From a virus (taxonomy: Duplodnaviria; Caudoviricetes): DNA of 57,964 nucleotides. The stretch lies in IMG/VR virus record IMGVR_UViG_3300020709_000001, positions 1-57,964 of that record, one strand, 5' to 3'. The position numbers and the translations under genes were made by a program. The notes below the pieces were generated by a model. The model made no database searches and was not told the DNA's origin. It saw only the letters and a list, made by a program, of their open reading frames with translations. Below, piece after piece: positions 29,027 through 38,939 of this stretch (the first letter of the stretch is position 1; each line of letters opens with the position of its first letter).

Positions 29027-29453
29027 TTTTTCAACTATAGAATACACGTATTGGGAGCCCGGAATGAAGAAAGAAAAAGTCTTTATTGATTGGTCTACAA
29101 TCGAATTTTTAGTTGATCAACTAACCACGCAAATTCGTAAAAGTGGTAAGCAATATGATGCAGTTGTTGGTGTCCTTAGAGGTGGATTGGTGCCTGCAGT
29201 AATGCTTAGTCATCGGTTAAAGTTGCCTATGTATGTAGTTTGGCCTGATTCACAATTAGGCGACGGTTTACCTAATTTATTATTTGTTGATGAAATTTAT
29301 GATACAGGTAAAACCATAAACCGTTTGCAAGCATGTCACCCATCTGCGGATTTTGCAGTGTTATATCATAATAGTGACTTACCGCCTTTAAAGTTTTACG
29401 GCACAAAACAATTATTAAACAAATGGTTGGTCTTTCCTTGGGAGATAGAATGA
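29019..29453 (+). CDS. Type I purine phosphoribosyltransferase (Gpt-like)
   Basis: VGVLRGGLVPA, PRPP loop LFVDEIYDTGKT, WLVFPWE. Confidence 0.88.
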   Translation: MVDFSTIEYTYWEPGMKKEKVFIDWSTIEFLVDQLTTQIRKSGKQYDAVVGVLRGGLVPAVMLSHRLKLPMYVVWPDSQLGDGLPNLLFVDEIYDTGKTINRLQACHPSADFAVLYHNSDLPPLKFYGTKQLLNKWLVFPWEIE

Positions 29454-29641
29454 CTTCATTCACTACAGAAGATCGTGAAAATGTAGCAAAAACACGTTAT
29501 TGCTCATCATGTATTTCTTATCAACCTGCAGAAACAGGACAAGTTATACAAACAGCAAACAAGCATATTAAACGTTGGCAATGTGCTAATTGCACAAATA
29601 AAGTTAGCGCACAGCAATTAAAAACAAAGAAAGACAGATAA
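29450..29641 (+). CDS. Zn-ribbon protein
   Basis: Start MTSFTTEDR; CSSC...WQCANC. Confidence 0.65.
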   Translation: MTSFTTEDRENVAKTRYCSSCISYQPAETGQVIQTANKHIKRWQCANCTNKVSAQQLKTKKDR

Positions 29642-29865
29642 TGAGTGTTATTTTGTACAATAAGCAAAAATGGGAAATTGCTTATGAGGATTGGGAAAGG
29701 CTACTTAAAACTGCAAAAGCCGAAGAACTTTTATTAGACCCGAAAGCAATATGGGATGAGGCATGGAGGCATGCATTCATGATCTCACTTAGCATTGTAC
29801 ATAAGCATGATGTGGCCAATAATACAAAGCCAATACAGGATGACCTGTTAAAGGAGCTAAAATGA
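29641..29865 (+). CDS. Hypothetical protein
   Basis: 74 aa, coupled to neighbours. Confidence 0.6.
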   Translation: MSVILYNKQKWEIAYEDWERLLKTAKAEELLLDPKAIWDEAWRHAFMISLSIVHKHDVANNTKPIQDDLLKELK

Positions 29866-30338
29866 CTGCAAATGAACTAGCTGATGTATTGGAAAACGAT
29901 GACAGGCTTTGGTTTGTTAATGAAGATTTAATGGTTAAAACCTGTGCCATGCTCCGCCAGCAACAAGCTGAAATAGAAGAATTGAAGTTAGCTAGGTTGG
30001 CTGATTTAGATGTTATCTTAAAACAGAGAGCTGAAATAGAGTTATTGTTTAAAGAAATACCTGAATTTGAAAAAGTCTTTAGCAATGAACCAGTAGCGTA
30101 TGGAAAGTATTTAGAAGAACATGATTATTGGGTAACGGCAAGCGGTATTATTCCAAACCCAAAAGAAGGTTATGTTCCACTCTACACCCATCCAGCAAAG
30201 ACACTAACACCATTAACCGATGACGAATGTGAAGCAATCATCAATCGCCACGATTGGTTTTCAAAGTCTTGGCGTGAAATGGCAAAAGAAATCCATGATG
30301 CAATACTAAGAAAGGCACAAGAGAAATGCACCAAATAA
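29862..30338 (+). CDS. Modular EPVA/PLYTHP/KAQEK protein
   Basis: Shares three nucleotide-level blocks with ORFs 39435 and 40055. Confidence 0.75.
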   Translation: MTANELADVLENDDRLWFVNEDLMVKTCAMLRQQQAEIEELKLARLADLDVILKQRAEIELLFKEIPEFEKVFSNEPVAYGKYLEEHDYWVTASGIIPNPKEGYVPLYTHPAKTLTPLTDDECEAIINRHDWFSKSWREMAKEIHDAILRKAQEKCTK

Positions 30339-30501
30339 CTTGTAAAAATTGCAATAAAAACTTTGATGGAATCATGGGTGCTTGTGGTGGAAGTAATACT
30401 TGCACAATCTATAGATGCACCCATTGTCATCATGAGGAAATTGTTGAGCGAGAACCTATTGATTGGTCAAAAGCATTGGTTGAAAAGGCGCAAGAGAAAT
30501 G
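30311..30501 (+). repeat. Two copies of the 18-bp junction repeat (30311-30328, 30484-30501)
   Basis: AAAGGC(A/G)CAAGAGAAATG. Confidence 0.92.
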
Positions 30502-30502
30502 A
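30326..30502 (+). CDS. 58-aa Zn-ribbon cassette protein (not in the ORF track)
   Basis: MHQITCKNC...YRCTHC...EKAQEK; starts and ends in repeat copies. Confidence 0.7.
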   Translation: MHQITCKNCNKNFDGIMGACGGSNTCTIYRCTHCHHEEIVEREPIDWSKALVEKAQEK

Positions 30503-30888
30503 ATCAAGACATATTTCAAAAAGTCCGAGAGTTTAGAACAAAATTAAAACTCCCAGTTTCTAATAAAGCTCAGCTTTTAGACCCTGTTGATATTAGCTTT
30601 TATGCCCGCTTTTTAATGGAAGAACTTAGTGAATTGATGAAAGCACATGAAAAAAATAACTTGGTTGATGCTGCTGATGCTATTGCTGATTTGGCCTATG
30701 TCACAATGGGTTGTGCTCATCATATGGGGATTAACCTACCTAAAATTCTAAATATTGTGCATGAAGCCAATATGAAGAAAGAACCCGGAACTACAAGCCG
30801 CGGTTATATACAAGATGCAGTTAAGCCTGAAGGATGGACAGGCCCTGAAGACATGATTGCATTAGAGCTGTTAAACCAGTGTAGATAG
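30499..30888 (+). CDS. MazG/PRA-PH-like NTP pyrophosphohydrolase
   Basis: EELSEL...DAIADLAYV..G...VHEANM.K...KPEGW..P. Confidence 0.85.
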   Translation: MNQDIFQKVREFRTKLKLPVSNKAQLLDPVDISFYARFLMEELSELMKAHEKNNLVDAADAIADLAYVTMGCAHHMGINLPKILNIVHEANMKKEPGTTSRGYIQDAVKPEGWTGPEDMIALELLNQCR

Positions 30889-30897
30889 GAGAAAACA

Positions 30898-31107
30898 ATG
30901 AATAATGCATATATTTGGACAGCTGCAGGTACTGACATTACAATCCGTTGGCGTGCAAAGTATGGTTGGGTTCCACCATCAGAGCTGCAAGAATACAAAG
31001 ACAAATGGAAGTTTTTCCAAAACTTACCTTTGCGTAATTTAGATGATGCAGCCAAAGAACAATACGAACAAGTGCTTCGTAAAGCAAAAGTCATGCGCAT
31101 CAAATGA
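30898..31107 (+). CDS. Hypothetical protein
   Basis: TDIT..W...GWVPPSE; AGGAG RBS. Confidence 0.7.
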   Translation: MNNAYIWTAAGTDITIRWRAKYGWVPPSELQEYKDKWKFFQNLPLRNLDDAAKEQYEQVLRKAKVMRIK

Positions 31108-31256
31108 TATTTCGTGAACTTAAACCTCGTAAATCAAGAACTAAAATGTCAGTACGTAGAAGATTTTCTCGTACTGATAAGTTTAATCGATACCATTTTT
31201 ATAAAACACTAATTAACTGGGGTCGTATTGCACCTAGAAGATGGTGGAAAAAATAA
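31104..31256 (+). CDS. 50-aa Arg/Lys-rich protein (not in the ORF track)
   Basis: MIFRELKPRKSR...RRWWKK; ATGA coupling; fills the gap up to the next promoter. Confidence 0.45.
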   Translation: MIFRELKPRKSRTKMSVRRRFSRTDKFNRYHFYKTLINWGRIAPRRWWKK

Positions 31257-31293
31257 TGTTTACTATTTATCAAAGTATGGTATAATGTAAACA
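31257..31293 (+). promoter_or_regulatory. Promoter flanked by TGTTTAC / GTAAACA half-sites
   Basis: TTTACT-N16-TATAAT with TGG extension. Confidence 0.7.
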
Positions 31294-31326
31294 CTTAATT
31301 CAAAACACTAAATACAAGGATACTAA

Positions 31327-31809
31327 ATGAATATTTTCTTTTTGCATTCCAATGCTAAAATGGCTGCTATATTCCACTGTGATAAACATGTGGTTAAGAT
31401 GATTATAGAGTCAGCACAGCTCTTAGCCACTGCTCATCACGAACACGGCCATCCAGTTTCGTATAAACCAACACATAAGAATCATCCATCGGCCGTATGG
31501 ACTAGAGAATCTAAGCTTCATTACAACTATGTCTATGACCTAGCTATTGCATTGTGTAAAGAATACACAAAACGTTACGGTAAGACACATGCAACAGAAC
31601 ACATACTTAAAAAAGAGTTATCAGTTGCACCTCCTTCTCTTACATTTAGTGGTTGGAAAAACCCACCACAATGCATGCCAGATGAATGTAAAACAAATGA
31701 TACGGTCCAAGCATACCGCCAATATTATCGCTATAAGAAAAATATTATGGTTATGAAATGGAATAAAGATAAAGCTTATGCACCTGATTGGATGAGGCAC
31801 CATGCTTAA
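31327..31809 (+). CDS. Pyrimidine-dimer DNA glycosylase (DenV-like) family protein
   Basis: MNIF.L...HCDKHVVKM..E.AQLL...YK.TH.NHP...W.R...EY..RYGK.H. Confidence 0.75.
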   Translation: MNIFFLHSNAKMAAIFHCDKHVVKMIIESAQLLATAHHEHGHPVSYKPTHKNHPSAVWTRESKLHYNYVYDLAIALCKEYTKRYGKTHATEHILKKELSVAPPSLTFSGWKNPPQCMPDECKTNDTVQAYRQYYRYKKNIMVMKWNKDKAYAPDWMRHHA

Positions 31810-32245
31810 TAAAAATAAATGGGATTTAAGGTATTTGGAAATGGCTAAATTGGTATCCACATGGTCCAAAGATCCATCAACCAAATGTGGTGCGGTTATT
31901 GTGGATCCAAATAACCATATTGTTAGTGTTGGCTTTAATGGTTTTCCTGTATATGTTGATGATAAACCTGAACGCTTACATGACCGTGAACTAAAGTATG
32001 CAATGACAATTCATGCCGAGAGAAATGCAATTATCTTTGCTCATCAAAACTTATATGGTTGCACAATGTACACATACCCGATGCAAGCTTGTAGTGAATG
32101 TGCTGCAATGATGATACAATCAGGAATAACTAGACATGTAAGCTTTAATAAAAGGCCTGAAAGGTGGAATAAATCATTTCAAATAGCAAGCGACATGTTT
32201 AAAGAAGCATTTGTAGAAATAAAACTTTATGAGGAAAACCAATGA
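31802..32245 (+). CDS. dCMP deaminase
   Basis: WSKDPST..GAVIV, GFNGFP, HAERNA, ACSEC. Confidence 0.93.
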   Translation: MLNKNKWDLRYLEMAKLVSTWSKDPSTKCGAVIVDPNNHIVSVGFNGFPVYVDDKPERLHDRELKYAMTIHAERNAIIFAHQNLYGCTMYTYPMQACSECAAMMIQSGITRHVSFNKRPERWNKSFQIASDMFKEAFVEIKLYEENQ

Positions 32246-32616
32246 ATTTATCAGAGCTAATTAACCAATTAGTAGAAGTAAAGCAACAAAGAGCTGATCT
32301 TGCACTACAAGATAGTGATTTATCTAAACAAGCGGCACAATTAGAAGCAGATATTATGCATGCCATGTCAGAGGCAGGTACAACCAAGGCTGCATCAGAA
32401 GCTGGTCATTCTGTTACTATGTCTAAAAAGACTGTACCCGTTATTACGGATTGGGAATCCTTTTATGAATATGTTTCCCAAACCAAAAGCTTTGATTTAC
32501 TCCATAAACGTTTAAGCTCTACTGCGTTTAAGGATCGAATCGAACAAGGTGAACAAATCCCCGGTTCATCGGCTACTGAATTATGGGGAATTAACTTAAC
32601 TAAGTCACGTAAATAA
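32242..32616 (+). CDS. Coiled-coil replication-region protein
   Basis: DW..FY.Y....FDLL.KR; upstream of the SSB-like gene and polymerase. Confidence 0.6.
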   Translation: MNLSELINQLVEVKQQRADLALQDSDLSKQAAQLEADIMHAMSEAGTTKAASEAGHSVTMSKKTVPVITDWESFYEYVSQTKSFDLLHKRLSSTAFKDRIEQGEQIPGSSATELWGINLTKSRK

Positions 32617-32625
32617 GGAACTAAA

Positions 32626-33360
32626 ATGGCTAAAAACGAAATTGTAACTTTTGAATCCGAACTTGCTAAATTAGCAGAACAAAGTATTGCAGCAGAAAAA
32701 AGCTCTGCAGGTGTTTCATTCATTACAACCAGCGGTGGCACACTAAAGTATCGTGATAACCCTATTGCAAAGAATGAATTGGAAGTCGTTGTATTGGCAT
32801 CCCCAATCGAGCGTTTGTACTATACATCACGTTATGATCCAACCAATAATGCACCTCCTACATGTTTTGCTCTAGGCTCTACATTAACAGGACTAAAACC
32901 AAGTCATTTATCGGATACTCCACAATCAGAACTATGTGAAACATGCCCTAAAAATCAATGGGGTAGTGCTTCAAATGGCGGTAAAGGAAAGGCTTGTAGT
33001 GAAAAGCGTCGTTTATTCCTAATGACAGCTGATTCTATTGCAACACCAGAAGCAGTAAATATGAGTGAAGTGGCAGCTCTTCGTATTCCAGTAACTAGTG
33101 TTAAAGGCTTTGCAACATATGTTCAAACGGTGGCATCAACAGTTAAACGACCATTGGCAGGAGTTGTTACTAAGATTGCATTGGTACCTGATCCTAAAAC
33201 ACAATTTAAGATTCAGTTCACCTTTGTTAAAGCCATTGAGTCTATTGACATTGTTAAAGCTTTATTGGCAAGAGGTGAGAAAGAAGTAGCCAATGCTATC
33301 AATTCACCAGATGTAGAAGGTGAACCAGAAGCGCCTGCATTAACATCATCAAAGTATTAA
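32626..33360 (+). CDS. Putative ssDNA-binding or annealing protein
   Basis: C..CP.NQWGS...GKGKAC...RRL; directly upstream of the polymerase. Confidence 0.55.
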   Translation: MAKNEIVTFESELAKLAEQSIAAEKSSAGVSFITTSGGTLKYRDNPIAKNELEVVVLASPIERLYYTSRYDPTNNAPPTCFALGSTLTGLKPSHLSDTPQSELCETCPKNQWGSASNGGKGKACSEKRRLFLMTADSIATPEAVNMSEVAALRIPVTSVKGFATYVQTVASTVKRPLAGVVTKIALVPDPKTQFKIQFTFVKAIESIDIVKALLARGEKEVANAINSPDVEGEPEAPALTSSKY

Positions 33361-33361
33361 G

Positions 33362-35182
33362 ATGACAGATCCAATCTTTTTGGATTTTGAGACAGAAGCC
33401 ATCGGGCCAAGACCGGAACAGTATCCGCCTAAACCCGTTGGCTTGGCTGTTTTAGATCGTACAAACCAGTTTAAATCTGGATATTACGCATTTTGTCATG
33501 ACAGCAACAATAATTGCACTTATGAAGATGCAAGAAGACTATTAATTCGTATATGGGAATCAGGTAGATCTATTTGTTTTCATAATGCAATGTTTGATAT
33601 GTCAGTCATTACTGAGAAATTTAACCTACCTTTTATTTCTGCAGAAAGGGTACATGATACCTTGGTATTAGCTTTCTTGTACAATCCATATGTCAGAAGT
33701 TTATCATTAAAAGAACTATGTGTTGAATGGCTTAATATACAGCCTGAAGAGCGTGATCAGCTCTTTGAATGGCTAGTCAATCACATACCTGCAGTTGCCA
33801 AAAAACCTAAGACCGCTGGAGCTTACATTGCCCGTGGTCCGGCGGACCTTGTAGGAATGTATGCAGAGGCCGACGTTGCATTAACAGCCAAGCTATGGGA
33901 CTTTACCTTAACTGTTAGACAGCATATGCCACGGGCCTATCTCAGGGAAATTGAGCTAATGCCTGTTTTATTGGAAAACTCTAAGTTAGGTATCCGAGTG
34001 GATAGAGATGGTCTGAATCAGTCATTGGAAAAAGCCAAGGCAGATATTTTTCAATGTGAGGTCTGGTTGAATAAATACTTCAATGCAGACGATATTAACT
34101 ATAATTCTGGTGCTCAGCTGGTTCAAATCATTCAAAATAAAGGTTGTTATGACAAGAACAAAAAGTGGCCAACGAGTGATAAAGGTACGCCTTTGTCAGA
34201 TAAAGATACACTTGCAAATCTGATTACAGATCCTGAGCTATCATCCGTTCTACGGCATCGAGATGTGTTGGTCAAATTGACAGGCACATACATCGAGCCA
34301 TGGTTAGAGCAGTCTGCTTCTACAGGTCGGATTTATACAGAGTGGAACACGGTGAGAGGTGAAGCAGGAGGTACTAGAACAGGCCGACTATCATCAAAGC
34401 CGACTCTACAGACAATGCCTACACGAGGCCCAAAGACTCCTCTACCCTCCGAGATTCGTGATCTTATTATACCTAAGGTTCGTGAGTACATTCTGCCCGA
34501 TGAAGGCCATTCCATGATTGCCTGTGACTACAATGCGCAGGAGCTTAGATTGTTTGCCTACTTTGAGGATGGAAAACTAAAGCAGCAATACCTTAAAGAC
34601 CCTAAAGCTGATCTACATACATTCAGTAAAAACTTAATGAGTGAAAAAGTGGGTAGAGACATTCCTCGTGATTATGTAAAGACTCTATCATTCGGTATTT
34701 TGTATGGTGCAGGCCCTAAAAAGCTATCTGAGATGCTAAGAATTCCGTATGAAGAAGCTAAAGAACTCGTGGATCTTTACAAAACAGAGGTTGCTACAGG
34801 TCTGCCTAAAATTAATGAAGATCTTATAGCTAGATACAGAGCAAAGATACCATTTAAGACAGTTGGCGGACGTCTAATAAAAGGCGAACCGCCAAAGATA
34901 ATCCATGGTAAATTAATGGAATTCGGATTTAAATCTCTTAATACATTAATTCAAGGATCTGGTGCTGATATGGCAAAGAAAGCTATGATTGATTATGCCA
35001 AAGTAGCTACGCATTCACGGCTTTTACTATCTTTGCATGATGAAATTGTTATTACTTGTCAAAAAGGGTATGAAGAGCAAGAGTCTAAAAAACTAGAATT
35101 AAGTATGGTCAATGCATTTCCAATGGATGTCCCTTTTATTGCCGAGGCTGTAATAGGCAACAACTTTGCAGAAACTAAATAA
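33362..35182 (+). CDS. Family A DNA polymerase with 3'-5' exonuclease
   Basis: Exo LDFET, HNAMFD, YA.AD; RTGRLSS; motif A DYNAQELR; motif B KTLSFGILYG (Phe762 type); motif C LHDEI. Confidence 0.96.
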   Translation: MTDPIFLDFETEAIGPRPEQYPPKPVGLAVLDRTNQFKSGYYAFCHDSNNNCTYEDARRLLIRIWESGRSICFHNAMFDMSVITEKFNLPFISAERVHDTLVLAFLYNPYVRSLSLKELCVEWLNIQPEERDQLFEWLVNHIPAVAKKPKTAGAYIARGPADLVGMYAEADVALTAKLWDFTLTVRQHMPRAYLREIELMPVLLENSKLGIRVDRDGLNQSLEKAKADIFQCEVWLNKYFNADDINYNSGAQLVQIIQNKGCYDKNKKWPTSDKGTPLSDKDTLANLITDPELSSVLRHRDVLVKLTGTYIEPWLEQSASTGRIYTEWNTVRGEAGGTRTGRLSSKPTLQTMPTRGPKTPLPSEIRDLIIPKVREYILPDEGHSMIACDYNAQELRLFAYFEDGKLKQQYLKDPKADLHTFSKNLMSEKVGRDIPRDYVKTLSFGILYGAGPKKLSEMLRIPYEEAKELVDLYKTEVATGLPKINEDLIARYRAKIPFKTVGGRLIKGEPPKIIHGKLMEFGFKSLNTLIQGSGADMAKKAMIDYAKVATHSRLLLSLHDEIVITCQKGYEEQESKKLELSMVNAFPMDVPFIAEAVIGNNFAETK

Positions 35183-35190
35183 GGAGCAAT

Positions 35191-35700
35191 ATGTCTATTA
35201 AAACAGAACAAGAAGTACAAGAAATGATGGAAGGTAAAGATGCGCCATTAACCGATATGATTTATGGCATTCCACAACAGCCTACTCATCGTGATACAGA
35301 TATATTGCCTGAACCAAATGGTTTATTAAGAGGTGAAAGTAATCCATTACAGTTATTTATTAACATGTATCAACCCGGCGAATTTGTTACTAAAGAACAG
35401 TTTAGAAAGCACTTACTTCAGATTTTAAATAATTGGCACAAGTCAATGACTGAAAAAGAAGAATGGGCTGGAAATCATCAGCTAGGAATATCTTTAAAAC
35501 AAACATCTCCTCATGTGCAATGGGGCGATAAGTTTAAAGGATCTATGTTTTATGTAAAAGCTGAGACACATTTTGAAAAATGGTTATTTGATGACACTAT
35601 GACCACAGAAAAGAAATCAGTGGGCGCATTAAACCAAAAGCAATTGCATAAAGCTTTAGATGACTTTATTGCTACATTTAAGGAAACTGACAATGGCTGA
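35191..35700 (+). CDS. Hypothetical protein
   Basis: 169 aa; TAAGGAG RBS. Confidence 0.7.
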   Translation: MSIKTEQEVQEMMEGKDAPLTDMIYGIPQQPTHRDTDILPEPNGLLRGESNPLQLFINMYQPGEFVTKEQFRKHLLQILNNWHKSMTEKEEWAGNHQLGISLKQTSPHVQWGDKFKGSMFYVKAETHFEKWLFDDTMTTEKKSVGALNQKQLHKALDDFIATFKETDNG

Positions 35701-35971
35701 GCAATCTGATTTTCAAAAACAGTTCTTTGCTAAAGGAACAGGCGGTACTTTATTTACTCAAAAAGAGTTTGATGATGCCTTGGTTATGGCTAAAGCTGAA
35801 ATTATGTCTATGGCAATTGAAGCATCTAAAATGGCAGTTGCAATGGAACGTGAAGCATGCGCCAAATTAGTTGATGATGAAGGCGAAAATCATACAGACA
35901 TGCCATATAAAGAGCACTTTAGTGAATTAGCCGAAAGAATCCGCAACCGAATTCCAAGTCAAAGACAATGA
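35693..35971 (+). CDS. Hypothetical protein (EREACAK motif)
   Basis: Probable start MAEQSDF after AAGGA. Confidence 0.65.
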   Translation: MAEQSDFQKQFFAKGTGGTLFTQKEFDDALVMAKAEIMSMAIEASKMAVAMEREACAKLVDDEGENHTDMPYKEHFSELAERIRNRIPSQRQ

Positions 35972-36606
35972 TCCATTCATACTCCGCAGTTAAAATGCAT
36001 GAGCAATGTGCTCGTAAATATAAATTTGTCCGTATTGATAAGCTTCAGGATAAATCAGGTGAAGCTGCCAATCGAGGCAAAATGATTCATGAAGAGATTG
36101 AAGCCATTCTTAAAGGCGGATTGCCTATCTTATCAGAGGATATTGCTTATTTAGATGATAAACTATCTAATTGGCTAAAGCTAAAAGCTGCATCTGAAAT
36201 GACTATTGCAGTCGATAAATCATGGAGCCCTGTTTTATACAATGATCCAACTGCTATGTTTCGTGGTGTGATTGACTTGTATATTGAGAATGGTCCTGAA
36301 GCTACTATCATTGACTTTAAAACAGGTAAGCATCGTGATTATTCGGATCAAGTATCAGTATATGCAGCATTAATTATGTCATGTAAACCTCATATTGAAT
36401 ATGTCAAAACTGCTATCGAGTTTCTTGACCTTGCTAAAACCGATGAATACAAACTAATTACAAGAGTAGACTTACCGACTTTACAAGTCCAGTTAAAACA
36501 TCGGCTTGAAAATGTGGAAAAAGATAAGATTTTTGCCCCTAATCCATCATTCTTGTGTAATTACTGCAATTTTAGTAAGAAAAGTGGCGGCCCATGTAAA
36601 TGGTAA
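35968..36606 (+). CDS. PD-(D/E)xK Cas4/RecB-like exonuclease
   Basis: RG..IH, GVIDL, IDFKTG, Q...YA, C..C...C. Confidence 0.88.
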   Translation: MIHSYSAVKMHEQCARKYKFVRIDKLQDKSGEAANRGKMIHEEIEAILKGGLPILSEDIAYLDDKLSNWLKLKAASEMTIAVDKSWSPVLYNDPTAMFRGVIDLYIENGPEATIIDFKTGKHRDYSDQVSVYAALIMSCKPHIEYVKTAIEFLDLAKTDEYKLITRVDLPTLQVQLKHRLENVEKDKIFAPNPSFLCNYCNFSKKSGGPCKW

Positions 36607-36905
36607 CTAAAGTACTTGAACGAGATCTGGAAAGACATTTTTCAGCAGAATGCAAACGCTTAAAGACTACATCAATTAAGCTGCATTTAAAGTTCAGTAC
36701 AGGATACCCTGACCGTCTTGTTGTTTTGCCGTTTAATAAAGTGCTATGGATTGAGCTAAAAACACTAACAGGAAAGTTATCAGCTAGACAAGAACATATA
36801 CATATGTTATTACGATTACATCATCATTGCGTACTCGTATTAAGAACAAAAGAGGAAATTACCAATGCTTTGGAAGCCACACGAGTACCAAACAAAAGCA
36901 ATTAA
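36600..36905 (+). CDS. VRR-NUC domain nuclease
   Basis: GYPDR...IELK...GKLS..Q. Confidence 0.88.
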   Translation: MVTKVLERDLERHFSAECKRLKTTSIKLHLKFSTGYPDRLVVLPFNKVLWIELKTLTGKLSARQEHIHMLLRLHHHCVLVLRTKEEITNALEATRVPNKSN

Positions 36906-38235
36906 GTTTCTCCTAGAAAATGGTTCAGGCCAATTATGGCTAAGCCCAGGGCTAGGAAAAACCGCAATTACGCTTGAAACAATCAAGTTATTAATTGAAG
37001 CCAATGCAGTAAAGAAAGTCTTAGTTATAGCGCCTTTACGACCTTGCTATGCAGTTTGGCCTGATGAAATACAAAAATGGGATAACTTTAAAGACATTAC
37101 TTGCAGTGTGCTTCATGGCCCTCAGAAAGACAAGAAAATCCATGATAAGGCAACCATTCATGTGGTTAACTTTGATGGTCTGGCATGGTTATCCAATACC
37201 TTTAGAAGGTTAGGAGTTAAACTACCTTATGACATGCTTATTGTGGACGAAATAAGCTATTTAAAAAATACTCGTACACAAAGATTTAAGTCTTTAAGCC
37301 CTTTATTAGATCACTTTCCTAGACGAATTGGATTAACAGGATCTCCAGCATCTAATGGATTAATGGATATATTTGGGCCACAGCTTGTAATTGACCGTGG
37401 AGCCACGTTTGGTAAATATGTAACACACTTTAGAGCAAACTACTTCTATCCTAGTGGGTATGGCGGTTATACATGGGCTTTACAAACAGGTGCCGAAGAA
37501 CGAATTTATGAAGCATTGGCTGATAAAGTATTAAGAATGTCGGCTGAAGACTATCTAGAACTACCTGAGCTAATCACCAATAAAGTATATGTGGATCTTC
37601 CGCCTGAAGCATTTAAGAAGTATAAAGAGCTTGAAGACAAGCTATTACTTGATATAGAAAGTGGCCAAGTTACTGCATCTACAGCAGCAGTTGCTATTGG
37701 TAAATGCCAGCAAATTTCTAATGGGGCAGTCTATTTAGACGGATCAGAGCGCGAAGTACAGCATATACACGATGCCAAACTGGAAGCGGTGATTGATATA
37801 GTAGAAGAATTATCAGGGCAGCCATGCTTGATTGGCTACCATTTTAAGCATGATTTAGACAGACTTAAGAAAGCATTTCCATCGGCGCCAGTGATTGGAT
37901 CAGGAGTTTCAGGTGATAAGCTAACTAAGATTATTAATGTATGGAATGAAGGTAAAACTCCTGTGCTTCTTGCCCATCCACAATCTGCAGGGCATGGCTT
38001 AAACTTACAAGGAGCTGGTCATGCTGTGATCTGGTTTAGTAATACTTGGTCCTTAGAAATCTATGAGCAGTTTGTAAGACGACTCTACCGTCAAGGACAA
38101 AGAAATAACATTATCATTCACCAGATTATTGGTAGAAAAACTATTGATGAAGCTATTATTAAAGCAATTGAAGGTAAAGATAAGACGCAACAAAGTCTTA
38201 TGAATGCAGTTAAAGCATATGCAAAAGAAAAATAA
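36865..38235 (+). CDS. SNF2-family (SF2) helicase
   Basis: PGLGKT, IVDEIS, LTGSP, GHGLNLQ, R.YRQGQ. Confidence 0.93.
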   Translation: MLWKPHEYQTKAIKFLLENGSGQLWLSPGLGKTAITLETIKLLIEANAVKKVLVIAPLRPCYAVWPDEIQKWDNFKDITCSVLHGPQKDKKIHDKATIHVVNFDGLAWLSNTFRRLGVKLPYDMLIVDEISYLKNTRTQRFKSLSPLLDHFPRRIGLTGSPASNGLMDIFGPQLVIDRGATFGKYVTHFRANYFYPSGYGGYTWALQTGAEERIYEALADKVLRMSAEDYLELPELITNKVYVDLPPEAFKKYKELEDKLLLDIESGQVTASTAAVAIGKCQQISNGAVYLDGSEREVQHIHDAKLEAVIDIVEELSGQPCLIGYHFKHDLDRLKKAFPSAPVIGSGVSGDKLTKIINVWNEGKTPVLLAHPQSAGHGLNLQGAGHAVIWFSNTWSLEIYEQFVRRLYRQGQRNNIIIHQIIGRKTIDEAIIKAIEGKDKTQQSLMNAVKAYAKEK

Positions 38236-38267
38236 GTGTTTACTTATAAGTAAACACATGGTACAAT
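38236..38267 (+). promoter_or_regulatory. Promoter overlapped by a perfect 22-bp palindrome
   Basis: TTTACT-N17-TACAAT; GTGTTTACTTATAAGTAAACAC at 38236-38257. Confidence 0.75.
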
Positions 38268-38296
38268 GATTTGTTGTTAACTAAAAAGGATAAATC

Positions 38297-38497
38297 ATGA
38301 ATCAAGCAGATAAAGATGCACAAAAATGGATGGAAGCCAATGCAAAATGGCAACAACGAGAACTATACAAAGCCAAAGAAACAGGCCAACTTCACTATAT
38401 CAGTCAGCATGGCGATGTTGTGATGTATAACCCAAAAGATGCACAAGATCTTTTAATCAATATAGCAAAACAACTTGGAGAAAACAATGCTGGATAA
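38297..38497 (+). CDS. Hypothetical protein
   Basis: 66 aa; AAGGA RBS. Confidence 0.65.
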   Translation: MNQADKDAQKWMEANAKWQQRELYKAKETGQLHYISQHGDVVMYNPKDAQDLLINIAKQLGENNAG

Positions 38498-38939
38498 CTT
38501 ATATGTGTATATAGCAGCCCCGTTTTTTAATGAAACTCAAATCAGACGTTTAGAGTTTGTTAAAGAGATTCTAGAAGATAAACAAATTCCTTTTTTCAGC
38601 CCTAAAGATGAAAGTTTGTTTATGCCTGGTATTACAACCCCTGAAGAAGTCTTTGCATCTAACATGGCTGCATTGGATAAAACGACTTTATTGGTCTGTA
38701 TTACTGATGACAAAGACACAGGCACAATCTTTGAAGCAGGCTATTGTAGTGCAAAGAATATTCCGATTATCTATCTTTGGACAACGGCACAAAAAGGTCA
38801 AAAATTCAATATTATGTTAGCTGCATCTGGATCAGTATGCACTTCATATACTCAGCTTCGTGATGCATTAGAAGATGTGTTGGAAACTCAGCGCTTTACT
38901 CGTAAGGATTGGTCTAAAGAGGCTATTGACTATGAATGA
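38487..38939 (+). CDS. Nucleoside 2-deoxyribosyltransferase / nucleotide N-glycosidase family protein
   Basis: VYIAAPFF...FSP...D.GTIFEAGY...PII...NIML; start MLDNL after GGAG. Confidence 0.85.
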   Translation: MLDNLYVYIAAPFFNETQIRRLEFVKEILEDKQIPFFSPKDESLFMPGITTPEEVFASNMAALDKTTLLVCITDDKDTGTIFEAGYCSAKNIPIIYLWTTAQKGQKFNIMLAASGSVCTSYTQLRDALEDVLETQRFTRKDWSKEAIDYE

